Source of the DNA: Octopus vulgaris
Lineage: Eukaryota
NCBI GenBank assembly: GCA_951406725.2
Contig: OX597817.1
Coordinates: 73,222,001-73,286,000 of the forward strand
Reading direction: 5' to 3'
DNA: 64,000 nt
Made by a program: the position numbers and the translations under genes. The notes beneath the pieces were generated by a model. That model was given only the letters and a program-made list of their open reading frames with translations, was not told the origin of the DNA and did no database searches. Positions 40,993 to 55,110 of this stretch are shown in pieces. Numbering within the stretch: the stretch's first letter is position 1; the number at the start of each line of letters is the position of its first letter.

Positions 40993-42039
40993 TTATAAGC
41001 AATAAAATACTATACTTCAGAATCTTTGTAAACATTCAGTAAGTTTATTAAGTCGTTACTACGTGGTCTGCTCTGCTTTGTAGTGGAGGTTGTTGTTTAC
41101 GCATGTGTTCAACAAATTTTTCTCGTATTGATCAGTTAGAAGTATAGGTGAAGCTAATTGGCTGTCATTAGGAAATATTAAGTCATTAGCTCATCGGGTG
41201 CGGTGGGGTTTATTTCATTATTACTTTTAAACATGTCGCCAGTTGGAAGAAGTCATATACCGAGACGTGTGTAATTAGCAAATAGAGAGGTAAAGGTAAT
41301 AATACTTTTATCATACACGCTCTTTCAACCGTGTCAAGAAAGTATATGATTGGTTTCAAATAATTCCTGGTGTACATTTCTTATTGATTGGTGTGCATAT
41401 TATTTTACTATTTAAAGCAACAGTCTCAAAATACTTTGAGTATAGATTTTATCTGAATTTTTAAGGAAACATTAACAACCTATGTATCATTTACATACGA
41501 AGGGAAATAACTACCAAATATATCGTAATGTACAAAAGTAGCTTCCCTTGAAAACTCTGCCCAGTTTTAATAAAAATCCTTCAGATGTATGGCTCAACGT
41601 ATTTTAAATATCGGTGTACGACTTTGTATCAGTTCGAAAATGTTGTAATATGTTAATAGTAGGTTAGATATTATTTATAACGTTCCTTCCAAGGAGTGTA
41701 AAATTTATTTCGTTACATTTTATCATCTCATCAAAGATAAAAGTTGAAGAAAGTTCTCTTCTGTTTTTAATTACATTCTTCTTTTGAGGAAGGAGTTGCT
41801 CTCTAACAAATATACAAAGCTCCATCGTTGGAATGTAGATAACAAAAACAATGTTACTTTTGAAACTTGAGAAAATTTTGCATATTTTTACTGTTCTGCT
41901 TACGGATTGTATTTGTAATGTGCGAATTGATTTCTTTTCCTTTTTTTCTACTCTAGGTACAAGGCCCGAAAATTTTTTTGGGGTGGGGGTCCAGTCGATT
42001 AGATCAACCTCAGTACGCAACTGGTACTTAATTTATCGA

Positions 42040-42720
42040 CGTTGATTTCTTTTTCTGAAAAACGAAAGCTTATCCAGATTGCCATTTAGGCATTTATTCA
42101 CAAACCCAAATGCACCAATTACTATTGGTATAAATGTGAATTTATAATCTGGATATAGACGCTGGAGGTTTCGAAGCAGTTGTTCATAGTTATCCTTCTT
42201 CTCTTTGATTTTCAAAGCGATATTCACATCAGCAGGACAGCTGACCTTTAAGGTGATACGTACTTTTTCTTGTCTGTCCCAAACAACAATATCCAGTCTG
42301 TTATGTTTACACTTGACAGATATTTTGATGGGAGTGTTCCACCAGCATTCCTTGTGTTGATGTTCGTGTATGTATTCAATAACTGAGGGGTTCAGTATTT
42401 TATTTCAGGACAGTCTTTTTGCTGAATGGCATTGTATATTGTTTTTACAATAAGGCCATGTCACATAGGGAGGTAGTATCTTGATGACATTTTTGAGCTG
42501 CGGCTAATCACATGTGTAGTGTCTTTTACAAAAATATGACATAACCTCTATTTTCGGTTGCATTTTGGAGTTTCAAGGGCTTCACCGTCCCTTCTGATTA
42601 TTAGGTATTTAGTATCAACCCCCTGTTCTTGTATTGCAAACGCATAGTCTTTGAAGTGTGATGCGATGTAGCGGTCACGAGTCGAAGACAGGCTTCGCTT
42701 CATGTCAATATTACTGTCTT
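42040..42720 (-). mobile_element. R4/Dong-like non-LTR fragment (zinc-knuckle remnant + REL domain)
   Basis: WWNTPIK...KHNRLDIVVWD...VSCPADVNIALKIKEKKDNY..L...IPIVIGAFG. Confidence 0.75.
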
Positions 42721-42724
42721 TTTA

Positions 42725-43125
42725 AGGCAGCGAGCCGGGAGAAACGTTAGCACGCCGGGCGAAATGCTTAGCGGTATTTCGTCTTCTGCTACGTTCTGAG
42801 TTCAAATTCCGCCGAGGTCGACTTTGCCTTTCATCCTTTCGGGGTCGATTAAATAAGTATCTGTTACGTACTGGGTGTCGATATAATCAACTTAATCCGT
42901 TTGTCTGTCCTTGTTTGTCCTCTCTATGTTTAGCCCCTTGTAGCTAGTAAAGAAATAGGTTTTCCGTTTGTCTTTACGTTCTGATTTCAAATTCTGCCGT
43001 GGTCGACTTTGCCTTTCATCCTTTCAGGGTCGATAAATTAAGTACCAGTTGCGTAATAAGGTCGATCTAATCGAATAGCCCCCTCCCCCAAAATTTCGGG
43101 CCTTGTGCTTAGAGTAGAAAAGAAT
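42725..43125 (+). mobile_element. Tandem dimer of SINE family B
   Basis: Two consecutive family B bodies; same dimer arrangement at 53077-53410. Confidence 0.8.
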
Positions 43126-43251
43126 ATTATTGTCTTTTTCAAATCTTCGGGAAACATACTCATACATAGTCTTTTTCTGCTTTGGAATGCTAAGCGTTTC
43201 TTTGAGTTATGTAAGTCTGGCTGTTTTGGGTTATGGGCAGTCATTAAGAAA

Positions 43252-43319
<68 letters not shown>

Positions 43320-44221
43320 CTGTTTGTGTGTGTGTGCCATTTCTTTTGTTCCCCACAACCAACGTTGGTTTATTTACGGCGACACTGTCTCGGCATGCCC
43401 TTAGTCTAATGACTGAAACAAGTACAAAGATAAAAAATAGTGTATGTATGTATGTATGTTTATATGTATGTATGTGTGTATGTGTGTGTTTGTCTACTTG
43501 CATGCATGCATATCTGTCTGTCTGTCTGTCTATCTTCTTCCATCGATCAAAAAGAAGAGGCTCATACGTCGATTTCACAAAAGCAGTTTGCCCGTTAGAT
43601 TAAGACTTTACTTTGAATTAAGATGGCTCAGACGGCTTAATTCATTGTATTTTTATAGTTTTAAGTTAATCCCTACTCATTGCAGTTTTTTTCAACTGTT
43701 TCTGGGAGAATATTTGTCGTTCTCTGGTGAACTGTAACTTTGTCCTTGTATCTCAGCCAGTGTCTCCCTAGGTTTCCTCTTCCACCATGGAGCTGACTTA
43801 GAATTATGTTGTTACTCATTCTGACGACTTGAACAATCCATCTTTATTGGGATTGTGAAAGGAAAGGCTCAATACCGCCAAATTTACATTTAGGGAATTT
43901 CTGTCATTCAGGTTGCATCGATATATGGTCTGAAGATACCACTTATGAAATACACCATCCTGGTTGACAGGTGATCGATAGAAATCTGAAGATTCCTATC
44001 ATTACAGATGAGAAGAAAGAACTACATCGTGGTAGACATATTTTGCTTCTAATGAGATTCTCTGTTCATTTCACAAACGATGACGAAGTCTGTCGAAAGC
44101 ATTTGTAGCTTTGGCTAAGCAGTTTATTATTTCATCCCCAAGAGAGGCAACTGAATTTGCTCTGACCGCGAAATCCACAAGTTTTTAAAAAATTCTTTCT
44201 CTACTTATTTCCTCGTGTTCC

Positions 44222-44259
44222 TCTTTCTGTTGAAGAGCGTAGGCTCGAAACGTAAAAGA
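44222..44259 (+). ncRNA. Minimal hammerhead-like motif, A6U family
   Basis: UCUUU-CUGUUGA-A-GAGC-GUAG-GCUC-GAAAC-GUA-AAAGA. Confidence 0.65.
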
Positions 44260-44420
44260 CTTTCTCATCTTCTCGAGCGTCAAACTAATACACCTGTTTG
44301 TTGTTTATACACCTGTCTTTGTCTTATATACAAACAATTGCAGCGTGGAAGGTGTTTATAAGCCATTTAAAAACACACACAAAAGCCGTTAGATTCACTT
44401 CAACATTTAAATTCAATTTG

Positions 44421-44467
44421 TGTCAAAATATTTTCGTCGCTTTGAAACCGCGACCTGTTCACTGACA
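44421..44467 (-). ncRNA. Hammerhead motif with compensatory G3-C8 core
   Basis: UGUCA-GUGAACA-G-GUCGC-GGUUUCAAA-GCGAC-GAAA-AUAU-UU-UGACA. Confidence 0.65.
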
Positions 44468-44593
44468 AAAGATTGGTTACTGACTTTCTTAAAATTTATA
44501 TTTGTATTGGCGACATATTGTTGTGCAACAGAAAATATTGCCTAAGTGGGTTCGAATTTAAACCGTCTCATGAAAGTTGAATAGTATCTATGG

Positions 44594-44635
<42 letters not shown>

Positions 44636-44754
44636 TTTTTTTTCATACGTTTCACTCCTAATCAATACTGCATACTTAACGTATGCGTGGTGGTTAAACG
44701 ACAGAACCTACGGTTTTTCGTCCAGCAGTAATCCTTTTAAAAACACATAATGTT

Positions 44755-44821
<67 letters not shown>

Positions 44822-45841
44822 ATACTTCTGAGCTAGGTAAAACGAAATCGTCCTAGAAGAGATCACGAGAGCAACGAATAGCATATTTTGCCATATTTAC
44901 GGCTTATCCATGTTGTGTATTCGTGTGACTTCAGAAATAAATCGAAACCGCTGGTCTGTATTATATACAGATAGTGTAAAAACTATCTGCTGGTTTGTAA
45001 TGGCATCGCACAAAAAAATATATATTAGAACTATGCAATAGAAACAGTTCTATAATGAAAATAGTAGCAATACCACATACTTAACGTATGTGTATTGTCT
45101 GAAAACCAGAAGTTTCGGCTTTATATATATTAATACTTTCCGATGCTCCAAACACGACCAAAAAGTTACAGGACGGCTTCATAAAAATAAAATTGCTTCT
45201 CTATAAGGAATCTCTATAAAATTGCTTCTCTATAAGCCAACACGCATGGCCGGCCGGTAAAACGTATAGCTTGGTCTCTTGTGTAATGCAGGTTCATCAG
45301 AAGACATTTGGTCAAGTTGGAATAAAAAAGGCCCCCACCTCACCCCTATACAAGGAAAAGATAAAGGAAACAATAGCACTATGCAATACGTGGCCTAGTC
45401 ATTCCAGAGTTATGTCCCTTAGATTGGCTTGTGACGTCAAAATTACACCTTGTAAGTCAGGCCAATGTGCTGTTTTTGAAGCAGTCGTGTATATATATGA
45501 GTGGAGTCGGGTAAGTAGAGAGAAATGGAGGATGGAGGAGGTGCCCTTATATGTATAATTTGTATATGTGAGTGTATGTGTTGGAGTATGATAATGAATG
45601 AAAGCAAAGTGTAAGAAGGAAAAAAAAAATACGAGATGGGGAAAGAAGGTAAGCAGAAGGAAAGGAGAGAGGTTTTAGGGAAGAAGGGAAACAATATACA
45701 GGGCTACGGTGGATGACAAAGGGAAGACAAAGATGAGAGTCAGAGTATGTCGGAAGGGATCAACACATCCTAAAAGGTTTAAAAGCCAGGTGTACCCACT
45801 TTGATATTGTTTTATTTATTTAATATATTTTTCTTGTATTC

Positions 45842-46049
45842 TTTTACTTGTTTCGGTCATTTGACTGTGGCCATGCTGGGAGTACCACCTTGTGGGGGTT
45901 TTAGTCGAACGAATCGACACCAGGACTTTTTTTTTTATATTCTATCGGGTTCTTATGCCGAACCACTGAGTTACAGGGGCACGTAAACACACCAACATCA
46001 ATTGTCAAGCGATGAACTGAGGACAAAACACAAAGACACACACACGTAA

Positions 46050-46139
<90 letters not shown>

Positions 46140-46960
46140 ATACATACACATATTCTTTTATTCTTTTATTTGTTTCGGTCATTTGACTGCGGCCATGCTG
46201 GAGCACCGCCTTTTAGTCGAACAAATCGCCTTTAGTACTTGTTCTTTGTAAGCCTAGTACTTATTCTATCGGTCTGTTTTGCCGAACCACTAAGTTACGG
46301 GGGTGTAAACACACCAGCATCGGTTGTCAAGCGATGGTGGGGGGGGGGGGGCAATCACAGACACACATAGACACACACACACACACACACACACATATAC
46401 GACGGGCTTCCTTCAGTTTCCGTCTACCAAATTCACTCACAAGGCTTTGGTCGGACCGAGGCTAAAGTAGAAGACACTTGTCTTAGGTGCCACGCAGTGG
46501 GACTGAACCCAGAACCATGTTGTTGGGAAGCATGCTACTTACCACACAGTCACCATTTGTTTATGTTTTTATATCTAGAGTCTTGTTCTAGGCATGGTTG
46601 TGTGGTTAAGAAGCTAGCTTCGCAAACACATGGTGTTTCAGATTCAGTCCCACTGCGCTGCATCTTGGGTAAATGTCTTCTACCACAGCCTTGAACGACC
46701 AATGCCTTGTGAAGGATTTTTTTAGGCGGAGATGGTGTGGAAGCCTGTTGTATATACATACATGCATACGTGCATGCACAAATACACGTACACGCACGCA
46801 CACACACGCACACGCACACACGTGTGTGTGTTGATTTGTTCAGGTCATCGTAACTTAGCGGTTCGGCAAAAAGAAATCTATAGAATAAATACGAAAATCA
46901 AAAGTAAGTACCGGGGTTGATATGTTTGATTAGCACCCTTCAAGGCGGTGCTTCAGTATA
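45842..46960. mobile_element. Cluster of three SINE family A copies (partial -, full -, diverged +)
   Basis: Family A sequence at about 45842-46140 (-), 46155-46549 (-) and 46590-46960 (+). Confidence 0.8.
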
Positions 46961-46964
46961 GAAA

Positions 46965-48200
46965 ACATAAAAGATATAGCGTTCTCAGCTTTGTTAAAAA
47001 CTGTCCCGACCTTAGTGATAAGACATATGCAAAATCATGCACGCCAAGAGACCCTTAATGTTCGACAAGGGAACAGCTTGGATCAAGCGAACGGACCCGG
47101 GAAGCTCCTTTTTTGATCTAACGTTAAGAACATTTGACGGCGCGGTCATCTGGGATGTTCTAGACCTGTTTATTCTGGATACACTGGGCAAGAAATTCTT
47201 CTTAACCGGCTCTGATCTATATGGAGATGACACTTTCTCCATATCTACAAGAAGTATAATCTCTGGATAGGCCCAGGAAGTTTTAATCCATATCCACATT
47301 TCTTCCAGGCTTAGAATTGCAATAGAGAAATCTGGCATTAATAAATTCTTAAGATCTAACACTGGACCTTGGACAAAGCGATTCCGCAAAACAATCGAGA
47401 AACTAATGTACATTAGTACAGCTTCCTGCCATCCGAGCATAGAGTTCAAAACCTCGTGAAGTACGTTAGCAAGAGGATTTTTCATCTATTGTCCAGTAAG
47501 GGGATCTTCGACGCAGCGATTTCTTATAGTAACGAGGCTTCACTGAAAGAGAACATCACAGCAAGTTAATCTAGTTTGCACCCTCGTTCTCTCAACGTTA
47601 AAACTTGCGTAGTTAGGAATTGCTTTTAGGTTAAGAGACAGCATTTCCCACCGACATATATGTACAGAAAGTCTTCAATAGACATCTCTTGAGGATTTCA
47701 GATGCACACCTAATATATGACAAATTTTATTTAATACGTTCAAAACAAACACTGAGATAATTTGCTTATGCAAAAGTAGCGCTACATGACCACGAAGCAG
47801 TTAATGAATCAGAAGCCATCGAATATGCGACGGGGGCAATGTCGAAAGGTCCAGTAGGATGACACAGAGACAATGATATGTTGGAACCATAGAAGGTCCT
47901 TTTTAGAATAGAAAGAATAACCACAATTGCTCTCTTAAGAACTAAAATAGGCATGGTCACAGTGTTATCAAAGCTCACATACATGTTGAAGGTAAACGCT
48001 GCATCATATAAAGTCAACTGGAAATTGCTGAAAAAGTGCACACTGTATCTCAACTGTAGTGGAAGGTTCAAGCACTATTTGGTGGGGGAAATTATTCTGA
48101 AGAATTTGCTTCATTCGAGGGTTCTTTCTGAATTCTAAAAGCGGCATTTCTCACCCATGCCATCACGAGAGGCTGTTCATTTTAGCTAACTATCAAATAC
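46965..48200 (+). mobile_element. Decayed Penelope-like element (RT and C-terminal GIY-YIG remnants)
   Basis: AWIKR...FFDLTLRTFDGAVIWDVLDLFIL...LYGDD resembles the PLE RT FDVTMGSFDGAE.CELVGL.IL...LYRDD; VNWKLLKKC..Y...SGR...LLHSRVLSEF resembles the PLE endonuclease C-terminus. Confidence 0.65.
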
Positions 48201-48660
48201 CACATAGCTGTATGAAATGGCATTTAACACTTTTGTGGTTTGTTCATGGAGCATAATTTATAATTCTGAATAAGTAATATTCCCACTGTTACCTTATTCT
48301 GAGTAATGTGCCTCTTTTTTCCATGAGTTATAAAACGCCTTCGGACAACTATATATATGGTAGATACTCAGTCGTAGAAGACAGATGAGGGTTCCCGTAA
48401 TTTCATGCTAGACAACCTGCAAAGATGATTTTTTTATAGTAATCGTATGTTGGTGCTGTACATTTTATCACTCCCTCCATCAAATTGACACTGTATGTAT
48501 AGGTGCATGGTGTGTCACGTGATCGCAGAGCAACGCGAAAAGAAGTGTTTTGTTCAAGAACAAGAACAAAATGCATAGCCCAGTTCGGAACTAGTAAGCA
48601 TAATCATGAATGTAATATCCTAATCACTAGGCTATACGCCTTAGTGCGCGCGCGCACACA

Positions 48661-48739
<79 letters not shown>

Positions 48740-50560
48740 CGTTTGTATGTTGTTGGAAAACCAGAAGCTGCAGTTTTTGTCCAAGAAAATATCGCAGTAT
48801 ACTTCAGATACGAATTCTCTTCGGAAGTAATCGCGAGAGAGACAGATGTACATTTCGCCATTTTTGCTGTTTGTCAATGTCACATTGTCGTGTCAATTCT
48901 GAAACGAGGTCAACTCGATCTGTCTGAAGTATATAGAGACAGAGCATAAACAATACACTGACTTTCAATGACACCACTTAGGCTGAACAAAATTCGAATG
49001 ATGCAATTTGTAGTTCTAGAGCAAAATCATTATTTATATTACATACTTAACAAACGTGTATCATTGAAAAGCTAGCAGCTGCTAGCTTTTTCCTTCGGCA
49101 AAAAATTCTTTTATAGAAGCTTTGTGCTAAAAAACAATATACTTCACTGCTAGGCGAGACGAAGTCGCCCGAAAATGACTGTGAAAGCGAGAGATGCGCA
49201 TTTCGCCGTCTTTGCGGTTTGTCAACATCCTGTACTCGTGTCACTTCAGAAATTTACGAAAACAATGCAAAGCAATAATAAGCAGTATTATGAGTGCTTT
49301 TGACGCTCTTTACTAACAAAGTTTTCAATAAACTACAAGTTCTTACAAGAGCAACATTACTAGTAAGAAGATATAGTCTGAGTGTATTATCTGTAGTATA
49401 TTGATTTCTTCTAAGGAAGTTCATAGCAAGGTCATAGATCTACGACCTTTATGACTCCACATTCATGATCATTATGATTTTTCTGATCTTAGATTTATGT
49501 CTTTTAATCTTAGACGTAAACGACATTACATATATGTCATTTATCACCTTAAAATGTACCACCTTTATGAGCTCTGATTTACGAGCTTTATGCCCTCAGA
49601 TGTATGACCTTCTTAACCAAAAGCTAATGATCTAAGATTTATATCATTCATTACCTTGGAATGATGACTTCAGGAACCAAGCGAAAGAAAATTGTGATTC
49701 CTTGTATCAAAAATTGGTCTCGTAATGTCACTCGGCTAAATATAATCTATCAGTGAATAATGATCGAGTATTCCAGCCGATTAACTTCATTGATTATAGA
49801 CGTTCAAAACTGATGTTACGAAAGTCGGAAGTGTTTATAGCAAGGGAATCGAATGTAAGGGAGGTAACTAAAATTAACAGCTGTATTGGCAAAATGAAGA
49901 TTTGAGAAATTTTGATGGAATTTTAGAGAGAGCGCCAATGATGGAGATGGCAATGTAATAGTGAGGTTGAGGGTGATTTCTTGTGTATGTATATTATATA
50001 TAATACAATACACATTGTTATTATTATTATATATACATCATATATATATATATATATTAGGCCCACTAGGACCACACGGGCCTTTTCCACAGCTTGGTGT
50101 GAGGATGCTACTAGTTTCATTGTTATTTAACGATTCATCGGGGTTTTCTCTTTCCTAGTCCGGCAATGAAAAGAGCCTGAGAAGTCACCTTCTAGTCATC
50201 CGTCCATGACACGGTGCGGCTCATTATCCATCACACTAAAGATAGAATAACCTCTTGGTTCATGACCATGTCGGGATTGGAAATGTTGCCTCGGTCGATC
50301 GTCTTGTTAGCGGTAATAATGAGAGGACATTCTCCCCCGCCAGCTTGTTCTCATTAAGCATATAAGATAAGCGTTTCTCCCTATCCCAGTCGTGTAAGAC
50401 AAGACACAACCAAAATCACTCTCCTTTCACCCTTACAGTGTGGGATCTTAACAGAATTTTCATAAAATACTCATACTTCCTACACGAGCGCATAATTATG
50501 ACTCATTCTTTAAAACACTATATAAACTCGCAACATTTCGTCTATATATTCTCTTTAGAT

Positions 50561-50813
50561 CAGGTGTGCTCAACTGGGGTCCGTATGACCTTGGGGTCTC
50601 ATATAAGATTTAGTTGTTAAAATTTATCGACAGCAGAAGGGTTTTACTTCAACAATACACGACATATTTTAATTATCATATTTTTACTATTCCTAAAAAA
50701 CATTTAATTATAAAAATATATTATGCTTTTTCTAATATTGAATGGCTAGGAGTTTCATCCGAGTAAAATTGCAATCAAAGGTGTCCATAGGTAAAAATGG
50801 TTGAGAGACACTG
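50561..50813. mobile_element. hAT (Charlie-like) MITE with 8-bp TSD
   Basis: TIRs CAGGTGTGCTCAAC / GTTGAGAGACACTG; exact TSD CTTTAGAT at 50553-50560 and 50814-50821 with central TA. Confidence 0.85.
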
Positions 50814-51744
50814 CTTTAGATGAAGAAACTCATGAGAAAAGTTACGGGTTATTGAGTGCAGTATGAACGCAACTACACCAAGCAAAATCCTCTAATGGCG
50901 TGGAAATAAACTGGTGCTGCAGCTCTACTCAGCTGATTGGACGGCTCAGTTTCCGGTGAGCTGGTATAAAACACCGAACTGATTTTACTTTTCTTCACAA
51001 GATCGTTCTTCTTGTAATATGTTTTTCATCAATCACAGACTTTCTTGGCGAGACGGGACAATCTCTTTATGACTGAAAGCAATGACAATCGATCTAGAGT
51101 GTATCTCATTACGATAATGTAATCTCTCGACAAACAAACACAGCTCGTGCTTCGTCTGGCTTGTAGAACGGTGCGCGTTTTAGTCTACCCTGTCTGATGT
51201 ATTTTTGATCTTTCGGATATTATGGAGACTGTGCGGAATTCAGAACTACAATCGTCACATTTGTGGCTCGAGTCGGAGCGGGTGGGGAATTTTGTCATAA
51301 CACTTGCCCGTACAAAGGCCTATGCTTGCCGCTAGTAGATGGGACAGAGAAATATCTTAGTCATAAGGGACACGACAGCATACTTTTCTATCAAAGTGTT
51401 ATACAGTAATTTTCAACCCTAAGCGGACGATACAGTTTATGATCGAAGTGACAGAATAACAAATTTCAGCACAATACCAAGAGATGAATGTTGGAACATG
51501 CTTCGAAACTGGAGCTGCAGACCAAGGAAAGAGGTAGCAGATTTCTGCCCTATACTAAGGGATGAGTACCGTAATCTGCTACGAATCAGTCTGGACGGTT
51601 TGTGCATACGTTAATCTGTGGCGAAGAATATATAACTGCATGCATAATGTTTTGTTTTGGTCATTGTTAACTTTAATACGACCAGACAAATCCGGCATGG
51701 TTAACAACTCTCTATATGGAAACAACATTCTTCTGGGAGAATAA

Positions 51745-52425
51745 ACTCGTGTTATCTTATTCCGTCCGTTTAATTTCGTCTTAAGGATCAGTCTCAGTCT
51801 GCGCAAGTATTCCACCTTAAAATTTTCTGTCATTTCTTTCTCCATCAATTTATCCATTTCCCACCCCCCAAGTACTTATAGCCCGTCTTTTCTATCTGTT
51901 TCATAACCTCCCCTGACGGCATCGTTAGCCCGTCCATACATTTGATTTTGCCTCTCTTCAAGACTAATACACCACATTTTCTCAGTCCGAACTCCATTCT
52001 GATATCAGCACTGAAAGTATACACCTTAACAACGAGGGAAGAAGTGACTTGGGCTTCATCTTTACCATAAAGTTTGGTCATCCATGAATAACAAATGGTT
52101 GACATTTTGTTGGCGGCTTTTGAATACATACCCAGCTTTGCTTGCCTCAGAATCAGTGTCAGTGGTATCAAACACAGTACAAAGATAGGTGGGGACAGAC
52201 AGTTCCCTTGGAAGATGCCCCTCTTAATTTCTACAGTCCCTAAACTTCTTCCGTATGCTGTCAGCTCCGTCCTCCAATTCGCCATACTTTCTCCAAACAA
52301 TCGCTCCAATATTCGATGTAATACCAAACAGGTTCATACATTCCATAATCCAAGAATGTGGGATCATAATGTACGCCTTACGATAGTCGATCCATGACAT
52401 GGCTAAATTACTTTTCCTCCTCTTG

Positions 52426-52426
<1 letters not shown>
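51745..52426 (-). mobile_element. R4/Dong-like reverse transcriptase fragment
   Basis: IKRGIFQGNCLSP..F, DIRMEFGLRKCGVL, GYKYLG, EYLRRLRLILKTKLNGRNKI; abuts a (TAT)n array. Confidence 0.85.
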
Positions 52427-52494
<68 letters not shown>

Positions 52495-52495
<1 letters not shown>

Positions 52496-52967
52496 GAGTG
52501 AGAGAGCAGTTCATGCTGTCAAAGTGATACTGGGGTAAAATATATGAAACCCTGTACACCCATTATAATTACCCGTCTGATAAAGGGTATACGAGGCACA
52601 TACGTCACAACCATATGTGCGCAATTTAGTGATTTCATATCAAGATAAACAGCGCATGACCTTACAGGTGGGTGACAGTTAGAATTTTCTTCAGGTCGAG
52701 TAGCCTATCCTGCCTAAAAGGTCCCTGAATAAGGGTTGTTTAAGGACGTTGAACGAACCGCTCATGTTTCCAGAGGTGAATTATCCAAACACCAAAGAAT
52801 TCCTCTCAACACATGGCTATGATGCTCTCCCACTACTTTTCGTGATCAGATATGTACATATCGTCAGCCACTATGAGACATGATCAACTGGTTACAGTCA
52901 AACAACTGACAAGCAAATCTGTGGTATTGAGCAGAATATTTGCTGTAGTCCATCTTTTATACCAAGA

Positions 52968-52970
<3 letters not shown>
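52495..52970. mobile_element. Interspersed repeat family E, long copy between (TAT)n arrays
   Basis: Homologous to 37980-38175. Confidence 0.7.
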
Positions 52971-53062
<92 letters not shown>

Positions 53063-53076
53063 CTAAGACTACTTAT

Positions 53077-53410
53077 GCGGGGAGCTGGCAGAAACGTTAG
53101 CACGCCGGGCGAAATGCGTAGCCGTATTTCGTCTGCCGTTACGTTCTGAGTTCAAATTCCGCACTGGGGTTGATATAATCGACTTAATCCGTTTGTCTGT
53201 CCTTGTTTGTCCTCTCTGTGTTTAGCCCCTTGTGGGTAATAAAGAAATAGGTATTTCGCCCATCGCTACGTTCTGAGTTCAAATTACGCCGAGGCTGACT
53301 TTGCCTTTCATGCTATCGGGGTCGATAAATTAAGTACCAGTTGAGTACTGGGTCGATGTAATCGACTATCCCCTACCCCCAAATGCCAGACATTGTGCCT
53401 ATAGAATAAA
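53077..53410 (+). mobile_element. SINE family B dimer (first unit internally deleted)
   Basis: GAGCTGGCAGAAACGTTAGCACGCCGGGCG head; second body starts about 53255. Confidence 0.8.
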
Positions 53411-53820
53411 GGATTATTATTATTACTGTCCCTCCCCCTGGGGGTGGTGGAAAGATCCAGGGGTGCTTTGAAGAAAAATGGGGTGATAATGGGGTGACCA
53501 GAATGGGGCAATGGATGTAAAGAAAACAAATATGGCAAAAGGTTAATTAGGTTGAGTTTTATTTGTGAAATAGTGTTGTTTTGAATTTGCTGCAGAAAAT
53601 GGTCTATGTCTGTGATGGTGAGTGGTGTTGGTGGTGGGTCTCTAGGAATGTGGCCTTAGAACCTAAAAAAGTTTGGCAGCCTAAAAAAGTTTGGAAACCA
53701 CTGCTTTAGAAAACATAATGATGCTTAAGCGAAAGATGGAGTATTCACTACTAGATAGTAACTTTGATAGTAAGCAGGTTTCTTTCATTCGATGTAGACC
53801 ATGCTGCAAGACCGCAAGAA

Positions 53821-53841
53821 CAGCAGCAGCAGCAACAACAA

Positions 53842-53872
<31 letters not shown>

Positions 53873-53935
53873 AGCAGCAGCAACAGTAGCAGCAACAGCA
53901 GCAGCAGCAACAGCAGCAGCAACAACAGCAAAAAC
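53821..53935. repeat. (CAG/CAA)n microsatellite
   Basis: Direct reading. Confidence 0.9.
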
Positions 53936-54434
53936 AACGGTAGTAGTAACAGTAGTAATAACTTTTACTCCAGTTCCTATACGAGTTACAATGACAAATC
54001 TAAACTAAAGAACTCCATCCAGTTTTTATCATTAACCAACCACCTGCTGCTCGTGATACAGCGTTCAACTGTTGCTCATTTCCTATTCATTCTCCCATAT
54101 TTTCTCATCAAATCTTCAAATACGTCCATTACATATCCTCTGACTTGACATCTCACATGAACAAACACCTGATGGTCTTTTGATTTCTCTAGAAGCCCAT
54201 CCCACGCCCCGACTCACTCGACTAACTTCACTCTTCATGGTTCTCATATTTATTATAATACATATCTGATACACTGTATTTATGGCGTTTCTTTTCTCAC
54301 CGCGTTTTTTAGTGTTTGTGTATATATATGTGTACGTGTATGTCTATAATGTATTTGACTTAGTATTTGTATGTATGTATATATGTATGTATGTATGTAT
54401 GCGTGTATGTGTGTATGTGTGTATGTATGTATTT

Positions 54435-54832
54435 CTTTTACTTGTTTCAGTCATTTGACTGCGGCCATGCTGGAGCACCGCCTTTAGTCGAGCAAATCGA
54501 CCCCGGGACTTATTCTTTGTAAGCCTAGTACTTATTCTATCGGTCTCTTTTTGCCGAACCGCTAAGTGACGGGGACGTAAACACACCAGCATCGGTTGTC
54601 AAGCAATGCTAGGGAGACAAACACAGACACACAAACACACACACATACATACATATATATACATATATACAACAGGCTTCTTTCAGTTTCTGTCTACCAA
54701 ATCCACTCACAAGGCATTGGTCGGCCCGGGGCTATAGCAGAAGACACTTGCCCAAGATGCCACGCAGTGGGACTGAACCCGGAACAATGTGGTTGGTAAG
54801 CAAGCTACCTACCACACAGCCACTCCTGCGCC
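54435..54832 (-). mobile_element. SINE family A, full length
   Basis: Reverse complement of family A. Confidence 0.9.
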
Positions 54833-54993
54833 ATGTATGTGTGTATGTGTGTATGTATGTATGTTTGTATGTATGTGTGTGTATGTATGTATGTATGTAT
54901 GTATGTATGTATGTATGTATGTATGTTTGCCTGTATATGTGCGTATATATACGCATGCATATACACACAATTATATTACCCCCTCTTTCTCCC

Positions 54994-55037
<44 letters not shown>

Positions 55038-55054
55038 TTCTTTCTCTTTCTCTC

Positions 55055-55110
<56 letters not shown>

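Noticed and set aside
48190-48216. TAGCTGTATGA match to the 3' half of miR-9
   Set aside because: Seed and 5' half absent; lies at the end of the PLE remnant
53691-54148. Poly-A/T/S/N ORFs over a CAG/CAA tract
   Set aside because: Simple repeat with no recognisable domain or splice support
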